The notes under the pieces are model-generated. The model searched no databases. It was given only the letters and a program-made list of their open reading frames with translations, and was not told where the DNA came from. From positions 806,001 to 870,000 of the forward strand of contig NIVC01000001.1 of NCBI GenBank assembly GCA_002269645.1: a stretch of 64,000 nt of DNA, given 5' to 3'. The DNA comes from Macrostomum lignano (Eukaryota). The position numbers were made by a program, and so were the translations under genes. Shown piece after piece: positions 33,892 through 57,438 of this stretch (the stretch's first letter is position 1; every line of letters begins with the position of its first letter).

Positions 33892-34088
33892 CTCATTTTG
33901 CGCCGCAAGCACTGATTTTGGCGCCGCAGTCACTCATTTTGGCGCCGCAAACACTGATTTTGGCGCCGCAGGCACTCATTTTGGCGCCGCAGGCACTCAT
34001 TTTGGCGCCGTAGGCACTCATTTTGGCGCCGCAGGCACTCATTTTGGCGCCGCAGGCACTCATTTTGGCGCCGCAGGCACTCATTTCG
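33892..34088. repeat. 21-bp tandem repeat (GGCGCCGCAGGCACTCATTTT), about 9 copies
   Basis: Seen directly. Confidence 0.95.
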
Positions 34089-34948
34089 CCACCTAGAAGC
34101 CAAATTATTGTTTTCCACGATGAGTCGCAAGGTGGGGTGGGGGTGGGCGGAGGGCAAAGCATTGGTATGTCCCTCCCATATCTTTTTACTGGGGGGGACA
34201 TGTCCCCCCCCCAGTGGGGATGCCCCTGTAATTCTCATTTATATTAATATATAGACCTCAACTTCGAACTCACATCTATAAAAATCAGTTTATTAAGGCT
34301 GCGTCTTAAGAGTAGTTGCCATTCCAGACTATATGCATAAATAAAAATCCTTGGCTTTAGGGCGGAAAGGCAAGGGTGGACAAAATAGAAATGTAAAGCG
34401 AGGGTTCGGATGAAGGTTAAAGAGTTTGGGTGTGTCTGCTTGCTTGCCTCCGCACTCTACGCTTGCGTACGCAGTCAGCTGTGTGAAACAGCATGCAGAG
34501 AACAGAGTTGCTGATTGGCTGGGGCAGACTGAGAGAGAAGGGGGAGAGAGAGAGATTCTCTGGTTGCCTAGGCAAACTGTGCACATTGGCTGTGCAATAC
34601 TATAGACAGTCTGTCCATATACCAGCGTTCTGTTAGTTATATTTACTGTCAAGTCGCAAGTGGCATGACTGCACAGCAGTTTCAGTATATCTTCTAGTCC
34701 TGCCTTTAACTACTATTTCAGCCCCCCCGTCCAGGGCCTTTGTTTTGCTTCGCTTGGTGAGTTGCTGCACTATCGTCATATATTACAATAATTCTGATAA
34801 AAGGAAAGGTTGCATTCGCTCGACTCGATAGTTACATTGAATCGTACTGTTTGATTAGTTGATTGGTGAGTTTGCTGTGTTTGGTTAAAGCTTACGGATT
34901 GTATTCTGGGGTTGTCTATCTTAGGTCTTCAAGCCTTAAGATACGCAA

Positions 34949-44511
<9,563 letters not shown>

Positions 44512-45617
44512 ATGACTTCGGGTGTACTCTGAATTTGGGGTTTGACTGATAAAAATCATTTCTTTATCCTTTTACTACCCTTTTCCAAATTTTTTACAAA
44601 TTAGCGTAGTCTACTGTTAGTAGTGTAAATGTGCTATTTAGTTTTTCTACGCTACATATCGGCTAGCCCTAATTAAGGATTGTTTAGACAATATAGATGA
44701 GTTAATTAAGATTTCTACGCTACATATCAGCTAACCCTACTTAGGGATTGTTTAGACAATATATAGAAAAGTCCAAATTAGCTTGCAAAGGTTTAACTAT
44801 TGTTAAAATTTTACCTGCACTCGCTCATCTGTCGTTTTTTGTTATCTCATTAATTAGCGGCAGATCTGGCTTATTTAATAACTACCTGTACAAATAACAT
44901 ATTGCTTCCTCTCATTTATTGACTCTGTTACAATAAACAGATAGCTGTTTTTTATTGTTTTAGAGAAATAATATGCCAAACCTTTCACTGCCTGTTTTGT
45001 CAACCCTGTCATTCCTTTGCTATCCCCCACTGCTATCTGCGCAATTGTTAAAACTGAGCTCATTAGGAATATTGGAGTCATCGCGGCATTGAATCTTTCT
45101 CTAATTTGCGTGCGTCATCCATTTCTTAATCTATCGTATTTTAGTATGCGTAATTCTTGCAGAAATCATTGTTGTCCGATCGGTTTCTCCTACTGTTAGT
45201 AGCACTCTATGGTTTTTACCCGCCTTTTTGTACATAGGAAAAGCGACTTTCATCCACATTTGCATTAATTATTGATCGGAGTGAACCGAATCGTTAAAAA
45301 AGGAGTCGTGTCTTAATATTTTTCCTAGGCTTAGAATTTTTACTTCACTACTCGGATTGCACTACTTATTCGGTATTTTACTGAGTAGAAAAGCTCGAGC
45401 TTGTGTTGCGGAATCTGTATAAAATATTTCTGTTAGTTCATGCAGTCATCTGTGTGTTGCTTGGATGCCGCTTTCATTGACCTTCTATTGAAAAGAAAAT
45501 TAACAAAAATATTTCTCACCTCATTGAAGCGAATTCCATTGATGCTTTTCTATATTTTCTGGTACAAAGCAATCTGCCTCTGCATCCGTTATTGATTGTC
45601 TTTTTTGCTTTTACTCC

Positions 45618-46738
45618 GATCCTCAGTTGCTGGGCCAGCCTCCCAGATCCTCAGTTGCTGGGCCAGCCTCCCAGATCCTCAGTTGCTGGGCCAGCCTCCC
45701 AGATCCTCCGTTGCTGGGCCAGCCTCCCAGATCCTCAGTTGCTGGGCCAGCCTCCCAGATCCTCAGTTGCTGGGCCAGCCTCCCAGATCCTCAGTTGCTG
45801 GGTCAGCCTCCAAGATCCTCAGTTACTGGGCCAGCCTCCAAGATCCTCAGTTACTGGGCCAGCCTCCCAGATCCTCAGTTGCTGGGCCAGCCTCCCAGAT
45901 CCTCAGTTGCTGGGCCAGCCTCCCAGATCCTCAGTTGCTAGGCCAGCCTCCCAGATCCTCAGTTGCTGGACCAGCCTCCCAGAGTGTCAGTTGCCGGGCC
46001 GGCCTCCCAGATCCTCAGTTGCTGGGCCAGCCTCCCAGAGTGTCAGTTGCTGGGCCAGCCTCCCAGAGTGTCAGTTGCTGGGCCAGCCTCCCAGATCCTC
46101 AGTTGCTGGGCCAGCCTCCCAGATCCTCAGTTGCTGGGCCAGCCTCCCAGATCCTCAGTTGCTGGGCCAGCCTCCCAGATCCTCCGTTGCTGGGTCAGCC
46201 TCCCAGATCCTCAGTTGCTGGGCCAGCCTCCCAGATCCTCCGTTGCTGGGCCAGCCTCCAAGATCCTCAGTTACTGGGCCAGCCTCCCAGATCCTCAGTT
46301 GCTGGGCCAGCCTCCCAGACTGTCAGTTGCTGGGCCAGCCTCCCAGATCCTCAGTTGCTGGGCCAGCCTCCCAGATCCTCAGTTGCTGGGCCAGCCTCCC
46401 AGATCCTCAGTTGCTGGGCCAGCCTCCCAGATCCTCAGTTGCTGGGTCAGCCTCCCAGATCCTCAGTTGCTGGGCCAGCCTCCCAGATCCTCCGTTGCTG
46501 GGCCAGCCTCCAAGATCCTCAGTTACTGGGCCAGCCTCCCAGATCCTCAGTTGCTGGGCCAGCCTCCCAGACTGTCAGTTGCTGGGCCAGCCTCCAAGAT
46601 CCTCAGTTACTGGGCCAGCCTTCCAGATCCTCAGTTGCTGAGCCAGCCTCCCAGAGTGTCAGTTGCTGGGCCAGCCTCCCAGATCCTCAGTTGCTGGGCC
46701 AGCCTCCCAGATCCTCAGTTGCTGGGCCAGCCTCCCAG
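45618..46738. repeat. 28-bp minisatellite, about 40 copies (GCTGGGCCAGCCTCCCAGATCCTCAGTT)
   Basis: Seen directly. Confidence 0.95.
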
Positions 46739-48533
46739 TTTCTGGGTCACTGAAACCTTCCCTGCTAGATAAATTTGCATTAGGGTTCCATAGTCACTCT
46801 GTGCTACTCGTTGAAGGAGGCAACGGTGTCTGAATGACGACTGAATGCTTGAGAGACCAGCTAAGTATGTCCAGCAGTTGAGGCTTTCCCACTGTCTAGA
46901 CTTAATCAGCGAAACAAGAGAAATCCGCAACAGCGTGTCCACAGTCACATCTGGTGCCACCTGTTGAAGGTCTGGACGCTCCGCCTGGGTGAAGGCTAGT
47001 GAGCAACGAAGTCAGAGCTGATGCAGACGCATGTGGTCGACGTGCTGATGAAATTTGGAGGCTTGGCAAGGCTACATTTAGGCGCAGTGCTGATTGGCGC
47101 ACTGGGGTGTACTGAATACACTGGCGCTTATGGGAAAAATCCGGCCTTTCGGCGGCAGAATCGTCGAATATCTCGACGGTCCGGAGGGCTGGCGACTTGA
47201 CTCTTGGTTGAGAAGAGGCACAACAAAAAAATTGTCAGGGGAGGGTAGTTTGACAAGCGAAAAAAGACTTTATTTTCCTTTTGGATTACCAAGCTAAATG
47301 TGAAGCTTCAAGTCTGTGAAGTCGGTCTTCCCGTTCCCAGGTCAACCAGTTCCTTCCGTGCAAGTGCTTGCTTGGCCGCCGCTTGCACCCGCAGTGATTA
47401 CTTGTTGCCATGGGCCCTAGCCAGGCCACTCAGTCAGTCTCTAGCTTCATCGTCCCTCGGTGCAGCCAATTTTCCAATTTTCCAATTCCCAGAGCGGGAG
47501 CGATGTGCCCCATTAGAACTCATCAGGCTAGTTGTAGAGAGAGAGGATCGCGGCGGGGCCCGGGCCTCAACTAGGACAATTGGATTTCGATTCTGATTTG
47601 GTTTGGGCAAGCACGAAGGCTGGGCATGAGGACGAGTTTTTGGTATTCTTTTTGAGAGCAACAACTACTTTGCTCAGTTGTTGAGACTTGTCTTGTCTTA
47701 GTTGTATTTTGTGTTTCTGCGCTTGCGGTGTCGCGTTTCGGATAGTCTGAGGCGGTTTTTTAACTTACTTAGCAACTAATCTCCCTCCACAAAGCAGAGC
47801 GAGACAACCGCAGAGGCGCATCGACGGTCGGGACTGGATAATCTTGTCAGCTCCGCCGTACAGAGGAAGGAGGACCTGGAGAGACACCCAGCCCGGAGTC
47901 AAGCAGTAAAAGTTTGTTAAGATAAGAGACGAGTTCGAAGAGAGGAGGGGAGAAGTTCGACATGAAACTCGAGGGGGGGCCTCGGCGGCTAATTGAGTTT
48001 CTGATGCGGAGAAAGTCAGGTTTTTGCCCGGCCGCTGAACTGACTGAACTGGGCCGCGCAAACACGGCAATGGGACTTTATCCTCCTCGCATCGCTCCCA
48101 TTGGCTCGCACGAAATTCCGCTCGTGTTCGCCCTGCCACTTGGTTTTAAATACTTCCTTCCCTGATTGACCGAACGCGAAGTGAATCTCGATCGCTTATC
48201 AGCTTTGCAGGCTCGGATTTCATCACTTTGAAAGCTCCTTTCTCTTCGCGGACAGTTGCCGACGCCTTGTCAGCTAGCACGACGGCTCCCCAGCCTCTCC
48301 CTCCATCTCTGCCGAATTTGGAGGGCTGTCGGAATCCCAATAATCTACAACTCCCTGCGCGCCTGGAGACTAACGATCCGTCGGGCGTTTTTCTGTCTTC
48401 TCTTTCTCTCTGTCTCTCTCGCGGTGCAGCCAGTCCAATCTTCTGGGACTAGCGGCTGTCCTCTCGCATCCTCCTGTCGGGTTGTAGAAAAGCCAGACGC
48501 AGCCTGAAGCAAGACTGATCGCCTATATTGGTC

Positions 48534-51002
48534 ATGGCTTCGTCTGGCTCCATAGCGTCCTGCGCTGACTTGGAGCAGATTGTCCTTACCATGCCGCCGC
48601 CGCCTCACAACAGCGGGCCAGGCGGCTTCTACTACTACGGCAGCGGCAACGACACCGACTGGGATTCGGTTGCTATGGACCAGTTCGAGCCTGAAGTGAT
48701 CGACTATTTCAACATGACAGCCGCTCAACAGTTGGAACAGGCCTTCCAAATGGCCTCCATGGAGTTGGGAAATTTCTCCCAAGAATGCCGGCTGTTGTTC
48801 TTCCGCGACCCGGCCGAGTTCTACAGGAAGTGCATCACCCTGCACTTCTACGGCATCTTCCTGTACAGCTTCATCGTTGACACGGTCATCGTTGGCACAC
48901 TGTGCGTTGTCGGACTGCTGGGCAATCTGCTGACCTTTGTTGTCCTCAGCAACGATCGCAGCCACATGGGCACCAACTTCTTGCTGCGGTGCTTGTGCGC
49001 TGCGGACAGCGTGTTCCTCACTGAGTGCTTCCTGTACTCCAGCCTCCGGAGCGTGTACCCCATCACGGGCTGGCTCAAGGCTTATTATCACTATTTCCCC
49101 TACATCATCCAGTGGCTGTGGGGCGCCGCTATGACCACCCAGATGTTGGTGAACTGGTTCGTTGTCCTGGTCACCGCCGAGCGGTACACGGTCGTCTGCC
49201 GGCCGTTCCAGGCTTCCACCTGGTGCAGCCAGCGGAGGGTCCGCCTGCTGGCCGCCGGCACCCTGGCCTACTGCGTGTTGTTCAACCTGCCCCGCTACTT
49301 CGAGTGGACGGTGCAGCCGTCCAGAATGGGCCTGCTGAGTGTCCCCTGCTTCAACTACACCCGCTACTCAGCCCAGGACAGCAGGCTGCGGCAGAACCTG
49401 GCCTACAGCATCGTGTACCGCAGCCTGCTGTACACCACGCAGGTGGTGGTCCTGCCCATCGCCGCCATCGTGTTCCTGAACATCCGCCTCATCTCCACGC
49501 TGAAGGCCGCCCGCAGGGAGCGCTACGAGATGCAGAGCCCGGTGCGCAGCAACAGCAGGTCGCTTCTGTCGGCCGCGCACTGCAGCAGCGCCAATCAGCA
49601 TGGAGTCGCCGCAGCTCACGCCATGCCGGAGTCGCCGCAGCTGAAGTGCATCACCGAGGGCCAGCACCGGAGCATCACCCTCACCATCGTGGTGATCTGC
49701 TCCGTGTTCATCATCTGCGAGACGCCCGGCATGGTGCACAACATTCTGGCCAGCCATCATCGCAGCGAAACCATGGCCAGCTGGTCCGTGTTTGTTTACA
49801 CCGTAACCATTAGCAACGCCCTGATGGTGGCCAAGAGCAGCTCAAATTTCGTTATCTATTGCTGCTGCGGCAGGAAGTTCCGCTACATCCTGCGCCGCCT
49901 GTTGGCCAGGTGGTGGCGCCGGCTGCGAAGAAGCCGCTGCTGCCTGCCTAAGCTGGGCGAGGCTGGCGGGAAGCAGCGGGGACTGCGGGAGAGGCGGCAG
50001 GTGAGACAAGGGTGGGGTCACTGAGGGCACACTGTAGGGGGGTCACTGAGAGCACACTGTAGGGGGGATTCACTGAGGGCACACTGTAGGGGGGATTCAC
50101 TGAGGGCACACTGTAGGGGGGTCACTGAGGGCACACTGTAGGGGGGTCACTGAGGGCACACTGTAGGGGGTTCATTGAGGGCACACTGTTGGGGGGTCAC
50201 TGAGGGCACACTGTAGGGGGGTCACTGAGGGCACACTGTAGGGGGTTCATTGAGGGCACACTGCAGGGGGGTCACTGAGGGCACACTGTAGGGAGATCAC
50301 TGAGGGCACACTGTAGGGGGGATTCACTGAGGGCACACTGTAGGGGGGTCACTGAGGGCACACTGTAGGGGGGTCACTGAGGGCACACTGTAGGGGGTTC
50401 ATTGAGGGCACACTGTTGGGGGGTCACTGAGGGCACACTGTAGGGAGATCACTGAGGGCACACTGTAAAGGGGGGGGGTCACTGAGAGCACACTGTAGGG
50501 GGGATTCACTGAGGGCACACTGTAGTGGGTTCACTGAGGGCACACTGTTGGGGGGTCACTGAGGGCACACTGTAGGGGGTCACTGAGGGCACACTGAAAA
50601 TTGTTTCCGAAGTCAATATTTTGACACTTCCCGAATCATCAGCTCCAGCAGGCGGCCGTCTGCAGCGACTCAGACGCGGCCGCCGCTGCTGCCGCCGCCG
50701 CAGCCGCTGCCGCCGCGGCCGCCGCTGCTGCCGCCGCTGCTTCTGCATCGTCGGCCGAGCGCGAGATGGTGCGCATCCGGCTGGAGTCGGGCGCGGCGCT
50801 GCGCCAGCCTGACGCCGACCAGCAGTCCGGCGTCGAGGAGGATGAGGCCGCGGAGGAGATGCAGAACCTGCTGGCCGGCCCGCGCGCCGACTGGGTGGAG
50901 GCCAACGCCTACGCCGCTATGCTGGAGGAGGCGCGCAGCGGGGGCAGCAGCGGCAGCGACTGCGAGCCCAGGCCAGTGCCGCTGATTCTCGACGACGACT
51001 GA
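48534..51002 (+). CDS. Class A (rhodopsin-family) peptide GPCR, FMRFamide-receptor-like, 2 coding exons, ~608 aa
   Basis: Exon 48534-50000 (donor CAG|GTGAGA) and exon 50643-51002 join in phase 0. 7TM motifs: GLLGN, LCAAD, AERY, FNLPRYFE, LPIAAIVFLN, FIICETP, SSSNFVIY, CGRKFR. N-glycosylation sequons NDT, NMT and NFS lie in the N-terminus. The tail has 22 consecutive Ala. Confidence 0.88.
50013..50597. repeat. ~24-27-bp minisatellite (GGGGTCACTGAGGGCACACTGTAG) filling the GPCR intron
   Basis: Seen directly. Confidence 0.95.
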
Positions 51003-51046
51003 GACTGGCGGATTCCGGGCGGGCTGCGTGTTGCGGGTGAGTAAAG

Positions 51047-51640
51047 CCCTGACCCACATCTGACCCAGTCCTGATCCAGCCCTGACCCACATCTGACCCA
51101 GTCCTAATCCAGGCCTGACCCGGATCTGACCCAGTTCTGACCCAGATCTGACCCACTTCTGACCCAGACCTGACCCAGTTCTGACCCACATCTGACCCAG
51201 TCCGGATCCAGACCTGACCCGGATCTGACCCAGTCCTGATCCAGACCTGACCCGGATCTGACCCAGATCTGACCAGTTCTGACCCACATCTGACCCAGTC
51301 CGGATCCAGATCTGACCCACATCTGACCCAGTCTTGACCTAGACCTGACCCAGTCCTGACCCATACCTAACCCAGGCCTGACCCACATCTGACCCAGTCT
51401 TGACCTAGACCTGACCCAGTCCTGACCCACATCTGACCCAGTCTTGACCTAGACCTGACCCAGTCCTGACCCATACCTAACCCAGGCCTGACCCACATCT
51501 GACCCAGTCTTGACCTAGACCTGACCCAGTCCTGACCCACATCTGACCCAGTCTTGACCTAGACCTGACCCAGTCCTGACCCACATCTGACCCAGCCTTT
51601 GACCGAACCTCGACCAAGTCTTAACCCAGCCTTGACCCGG
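51047..51640. repeat. 11-bp-based repeat (CCTGACCCAGT/TCTGACCCACA) filling a putative 3' UTR intron of the GPCR
   Basis: Bounded by GG|GTGAGT at 51037 and TCTCAG at 51641-51646. Confidence 0.85.
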
Positions 51641-52279
51641 TCTCAGCAGTGTGGCAGCTCAACCTCGCGTTCTGAATCCGCCCCGACCCTGTGACTTTGC
51701 AATGTTCCGTAATAATTGATTAGGACGATAAAATGTTGCTTTCGACAAAATTATAAAACCTGCATTCTACCTGCATAAACTCTAGACATTTTTTTCGAGT
51801 CAGCTGATTTTCTAGGCTTTTTATTCACCTAATCGCCCTAATCCTTAATTGCTCTCTCTCACACCTGGCTGCCCACGAGAACCCTCCACGTCATGCGTAG
51901 AAAGCAATTTTCTTAAAATTGGAAGCAACGCTGACCCCCCATATTTGGCGACCTAGCCTAGGAAGAGTAGGAAAGGCAAGGAGGGACAGGTGGGCGGAGG
52001 TGCTGCGGCTGATAAATCAGCTCTCAGTGCCCTCATGCCCGAAGCCGTGTAATTTATGGAAAAGTCAGCAAATTGATGCAACAGGAGCAGCCTGAGTTGC
52101 CGAGCAGCCCGGGTCACGCGGGCGCACCCGATTGAAAAACGACCAGTCGGCTTACCTGTGGAGGGGGATTTAAAAATGGATTTATGATTGATAAAGTGGC
52201 TGAAATTGCACTGCTCAAAGCATTTTTTAGGCAATTAGACTGGGGCAACATCTTCAGCATCACACAGTTTCACAAATTA

Positions 52280-53406
<1,127 letters not shown>

Positions 53407-53874
53407 CATTATTCATCTGCTTTTTTCAATTTTAGACCGAAGTTCCAGTGGCCTGACGGCAAACCCGGACGCCGCTCATTACACTCTACAACTGCTGCGA
53501 TATTGACAGTGTGGACTATGTAGATAGACAGAGAAAAGGGGAGTTGAAATTGCGTCTGAATGCATAGGGTTGGGACATAGACTACAAATTCAGCCTGACA
53601 AGCGTCAGCTTTGGTGGGGCATTCAATTCAGACATTTTTTGTCCATTGAAGTTAAAGAGGTTTCTAAATTGGAGTCGCTCTCCGGAAGCCGTACAAAGAG
53701 AGCCAAGTCTTTGTCTCGTTCTCTGTCGAAGGGCGATTTCCCAACTGAGAATAAATGGGGATAAGGTATTAATTTCAAATCAATATGGCTTCAAGCCTTT
53801 GCCAAAATAACGCTGCATAAGAGAAGCGCACACTGGTTTGTTGCTCTGTACATCAGTAGTTGATGTACAGACAG

Positions 53875-54422
53875 TGCGCTTATGACAGTGCGCGCTTCTG
53901 ACAGTGCGCGCTTCTGACAGTGCGCGCTTCTGACAGTACGCGCTTCTGTGACAGTGCGCGCTTCTGACAGTGCGCGCTTCTGACAGTGCGCGCTTCTGAC
54001 AGTGCGCAATTCTGTGACAGTGCGCGCTTTTGACAGTGCGCGCTTCTGACAGTGCGCGCTTCTGACAGTGCGCGCTTCTGTGACAGTGCGCGCTTCTGAC
54101 AGTGCGCGCTTCTGACAGTGCGCACTTCCGTGACAGTGCGCGCTTCTGACAGTGCGCGCTTCTGACAGTGCGCGCTTCTGTGACAGTGCGCGCTTCTGTG
54201 ACAGTGCGCGATTATGTGACAGTGCACAATTCTATGACAGTGCGCGCTTCTGTGACAGTGCGCGATTATGTGACAGTGCACAATTCTGTGACAGTGCGCG
54301 CTTCTGTGACAGTGCGCGATTATGTGACAGTGCACAATTCTATGACAGTGCGCGCTTCTGTGGCAGTGCGCGCTTCTGTGACAGTGCGCGATTCTGTGGC
54401 AGTGCGCGCTTCTGTGACAGTG
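53875..54422. repeat. 16/18-bp minisatellite (GACAGTGCGCGCTTCT[GT])
   Basis: Seen directly. Confidence 0.95.
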
Positions 54423-55162
54423 CTCACTAACAGCATCTTTCTGCTAAAAATAATGTGTGATTTAATACACTTTATAAGCAACAGTTAAACCTAAAAATGC
54501 CCAATGCCATGTTGAAATGTCTCTAAAAGTGTAACAGAAACCGGCAATATAAGTCTGCGGAACCATATTTTTGAGATAATTTTTTATCTCAAATATTTTT
54601 TTAGATATTTTTTAAATTCCCAATGTTTAACTATGATTGAAAAAAGCAAATTACTTGCCATCTTTACAGCTGAGAGAATTATTCATAATGAATTGGTTTT
54701 CACTTTTTAATAATTAACAAACTTTTGTCAACAATTATTAATGCCCATATTTATTGCTTTATCTGACTAGTGGATCTGTCTGTAGACTGCTGTAGGCCAT
54801 AATTATCATTGCCTCAACATGATTGTCAATCATTAACTGCTCAGAAATATTTATTCCCGCACAAACTTTTCTAGCTGTGTTTTAATTTGTAAAACAGAGT
54901 GCATTGTCCATAAAATTATTTTCTTTTTTTGAATAATTTGAAGCGCCTCAGCATCTGGCTTGGAGTGATGCTGATTTTCAAGCCTGTTCAACTTGTAGCA
55001 TGCATAACTGGTTTTGTTCTGTAGCACCTTAAATAAATATTCTGCCTAGGTTCCATTTTGCTTGCTTTATTAGACTGCAGAATTAGCTGGATTTGTGTCC
55101 GGATTGATTTACTTGCTTATTGAGGACCAACACCTGTCTCTTAGTCCCAACACCTGTCTGTT

Positions 55163-55535
55163 GAGGGGGCCGTAGCCCAGCGGTAGCGCAGCTGCTCTGG
55201 TGTGCCAGCGACCCAGGCTCGATTCCAAGTGCAGTCACATTAATTTGGGGCTGAATTGGAATCTCGGCTTGGCTCTGCTCGTGCAATTAACGGCCTTGAG
55301 AGCCAACCTCCAAGGCGCAGTGAAGTGTACATGCCTAACGATAAAAAAGTTAGGGCCGCTGTACACTCCTGTGTGAGTGTGTGCCTCTGCGTATGACTGC
55401 GTACGTATCCGCGCGCTTGTGTGCCTGCTCAGGGGAGTCGGCGGAATGGGCAGTAATGCCTCTCGCCGGTGTGTGCCTATGTCGCTTAAAGTGCGCCAGG
55501 GTGCACACAACCCCCTGCCTCTAATAAAAAATAAA
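55163..55535 (+). mobile_element. tRNA-derived SINE with A-rich tail and a 14-bp flanking duplication
   Basis: Head GGGGCCGTAGCCCAGCGGTAG (A box), GGCTCGATTCC (B-box-like), tail AATAAAAAATAAAAA. AACACCTGTCTGTT occurs at 55149-55162 and 55536-55549. Confidence 0.75.
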
Positions 55536-55715
55536 AACACCTGTCTGTTAGTCCCAACACCTGTCTGTTAGTCCCAACACCTGTCTCTTAGTCCCAAGAC
55601 CTGTCTCTTAGGCCTAAGACCTGTCTCTTAGGCCTAAGACCTGTCTCTTAGTCCCGACACCTGTCTCTTAGTCCCAACACGTGTCTCTTAGTCCCAACAC
55701 CTGTCTCTTAGTCCG
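55536..55715. repeat. 20-bp minisatellite (CCTGTCTCTTAGTCCCAACA); two units lie left of the SINE at ~55129-55162
   Basis: Seen directly. Confidence 0.9.
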
Positions 55716-56326
55716 AACAGTGCCAATATAATTTTAGAATTTGTACTATTATAGCATTCAAAAGTATGACTAGCTCGTATCGTTGGCCTCCTTTGACTCT
55801 GCCTAACCTGATTATAAACTAGCTGGTTATTTATATATGCTATATCAGGCGATTCGGTGCATTGCATGTCCATTTATGCAAGAGACATAGATGCTAGCCT
55901 AGTGCCGTGGACACGCAAAATGCAGCTTAATCAAATGAGAATATTCGGCGGCTCACCTGTCGTAAAAACCTCCAACTCATACTAACTCATACTTCTGTGC
56001 TTAATGAATCTCTCCACCACTTACTGTGCTAGAAAGTACCTGCAAATATGGAATACGAGTTTTCTTACCTCTGTTGAAAATTTGACAGCAGGTCATATTA
56101 GCTGAAAAAGCCGCTTATTTTATAGCATTTTTTCTCTATTTAGCCAGAACAAAGCGTTTATTGTCCAGCTGAAAAGGCAGTTCGACCAAACCCTCCAACT
56201 AACCCTTTTTGTTCGCCGTTTTGTTGTCAACTCTGGCTGAGCGGCTGCCTCAAAGAGAGGGGGCGCTGCAGCCACTTGACTGCTTTGAGTCTGAGCTTTG
56301 AGATTGCCGAAACTGCGCTGAGGTTT

Positions 56327-57438
56327 ACTGACTGACTGACTGACTGACTGACTGACTGACTGACTGACTGACTGACTGACTGACTGACTGACTGACTGAC
56401 TGACTGACTGACTGACTGACTGACTGACTGACTGACTGACTGACTGACTGACTGACTGACTGACTGACTGACTGACTGACTGACTGACTGACTGACTGAC
56501 TGACTGACTGACTGACTGACTGACTGACTGACTGACTGACTGACTGACTGACTGACTGACTGACTGACTGACTGACTGACTGACTGACTGACTGACTGAC
56601 TGACTGACTGACTGACTGACTGACTGACTGACTGACTGACTGACTGACTGACTGACTGACTGACTGACTGACTGACTGACTGACTGACTGACTGACTGAC
56701 TGACTGACTGACTGACTGACTGACTGACTGACTGACTGACTGACTGACTGACTGACTGACTGACTGACTGACTGACTGACTGACTGACTGACTGACTGAC
56801 TGACTGACTGACTGACTGACTGACTGACTGACTGACTGACTGACTGACTGACTGACTGACTGACTGACTGACTGACTGACTGACTGACTGACTGACTGAC
56901 TGACTGACTGACTGACTGACTGACTGACTGACTGACTGACTGACTGACTGACTGACTGACTGACTGACTGACTGACTGACTGACTGACTGACTGACTGAC
57001 TGACTGACTGACTGACTGACTGACTGACTGACTGACTGACTGACTGACTGACTGACTGACTGACTGACTGACTGACTGACTGACTGACTGACTGACTGAC
57101 TGACTGACTGACTGACTGACTGACTGACTGACTGACTGACTGACTGACTGACTGACTGACTGACTGACTGACTGACTGACTGACTGACTGACTGACTGAC
57201 TGACTGACTGACTGACTGACTGACTGACTGACTGACTGACTGACTGACTGACTGACTGACTGACTGACTGACTGACTGACTGACTGACTGACTGACTGAC
57301 TGACTGACTGACTGACTGACTGACTGACTGACTGACTGACTGACTGACTGACTGACTGACTGACTGACTGACTGACTGACTGACTGACTGACTGACTGAC
57401 TGACTGACTGACTGACTGACTGACTGACTGACTGACTG
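56327..57438. repeat. (ACTG)n microsatellite, ~278 perfect units
   Basis: Seen directly. Confidence 0.98.

Noticed and set aside
48534-50000. GPCR as an opsin because of the AKSS motif
   Set aside because: The Lys is two positions off the 7.43 retinal site, and NFxxY, LPRYFE and ERY motifs fit peptide receptors
51000-51036. Stop-codon readthrough of the GPCR
   Set aside because: The TGA-G context is not a typical leaky context, and the short open stretch is expected by chance in GC-rich DNA
55165-55235. Functional tRNA gene
   Set aside because: No convincing cloverleaf, and the sequence continues into a SINE body with an A tail and flanking duplication
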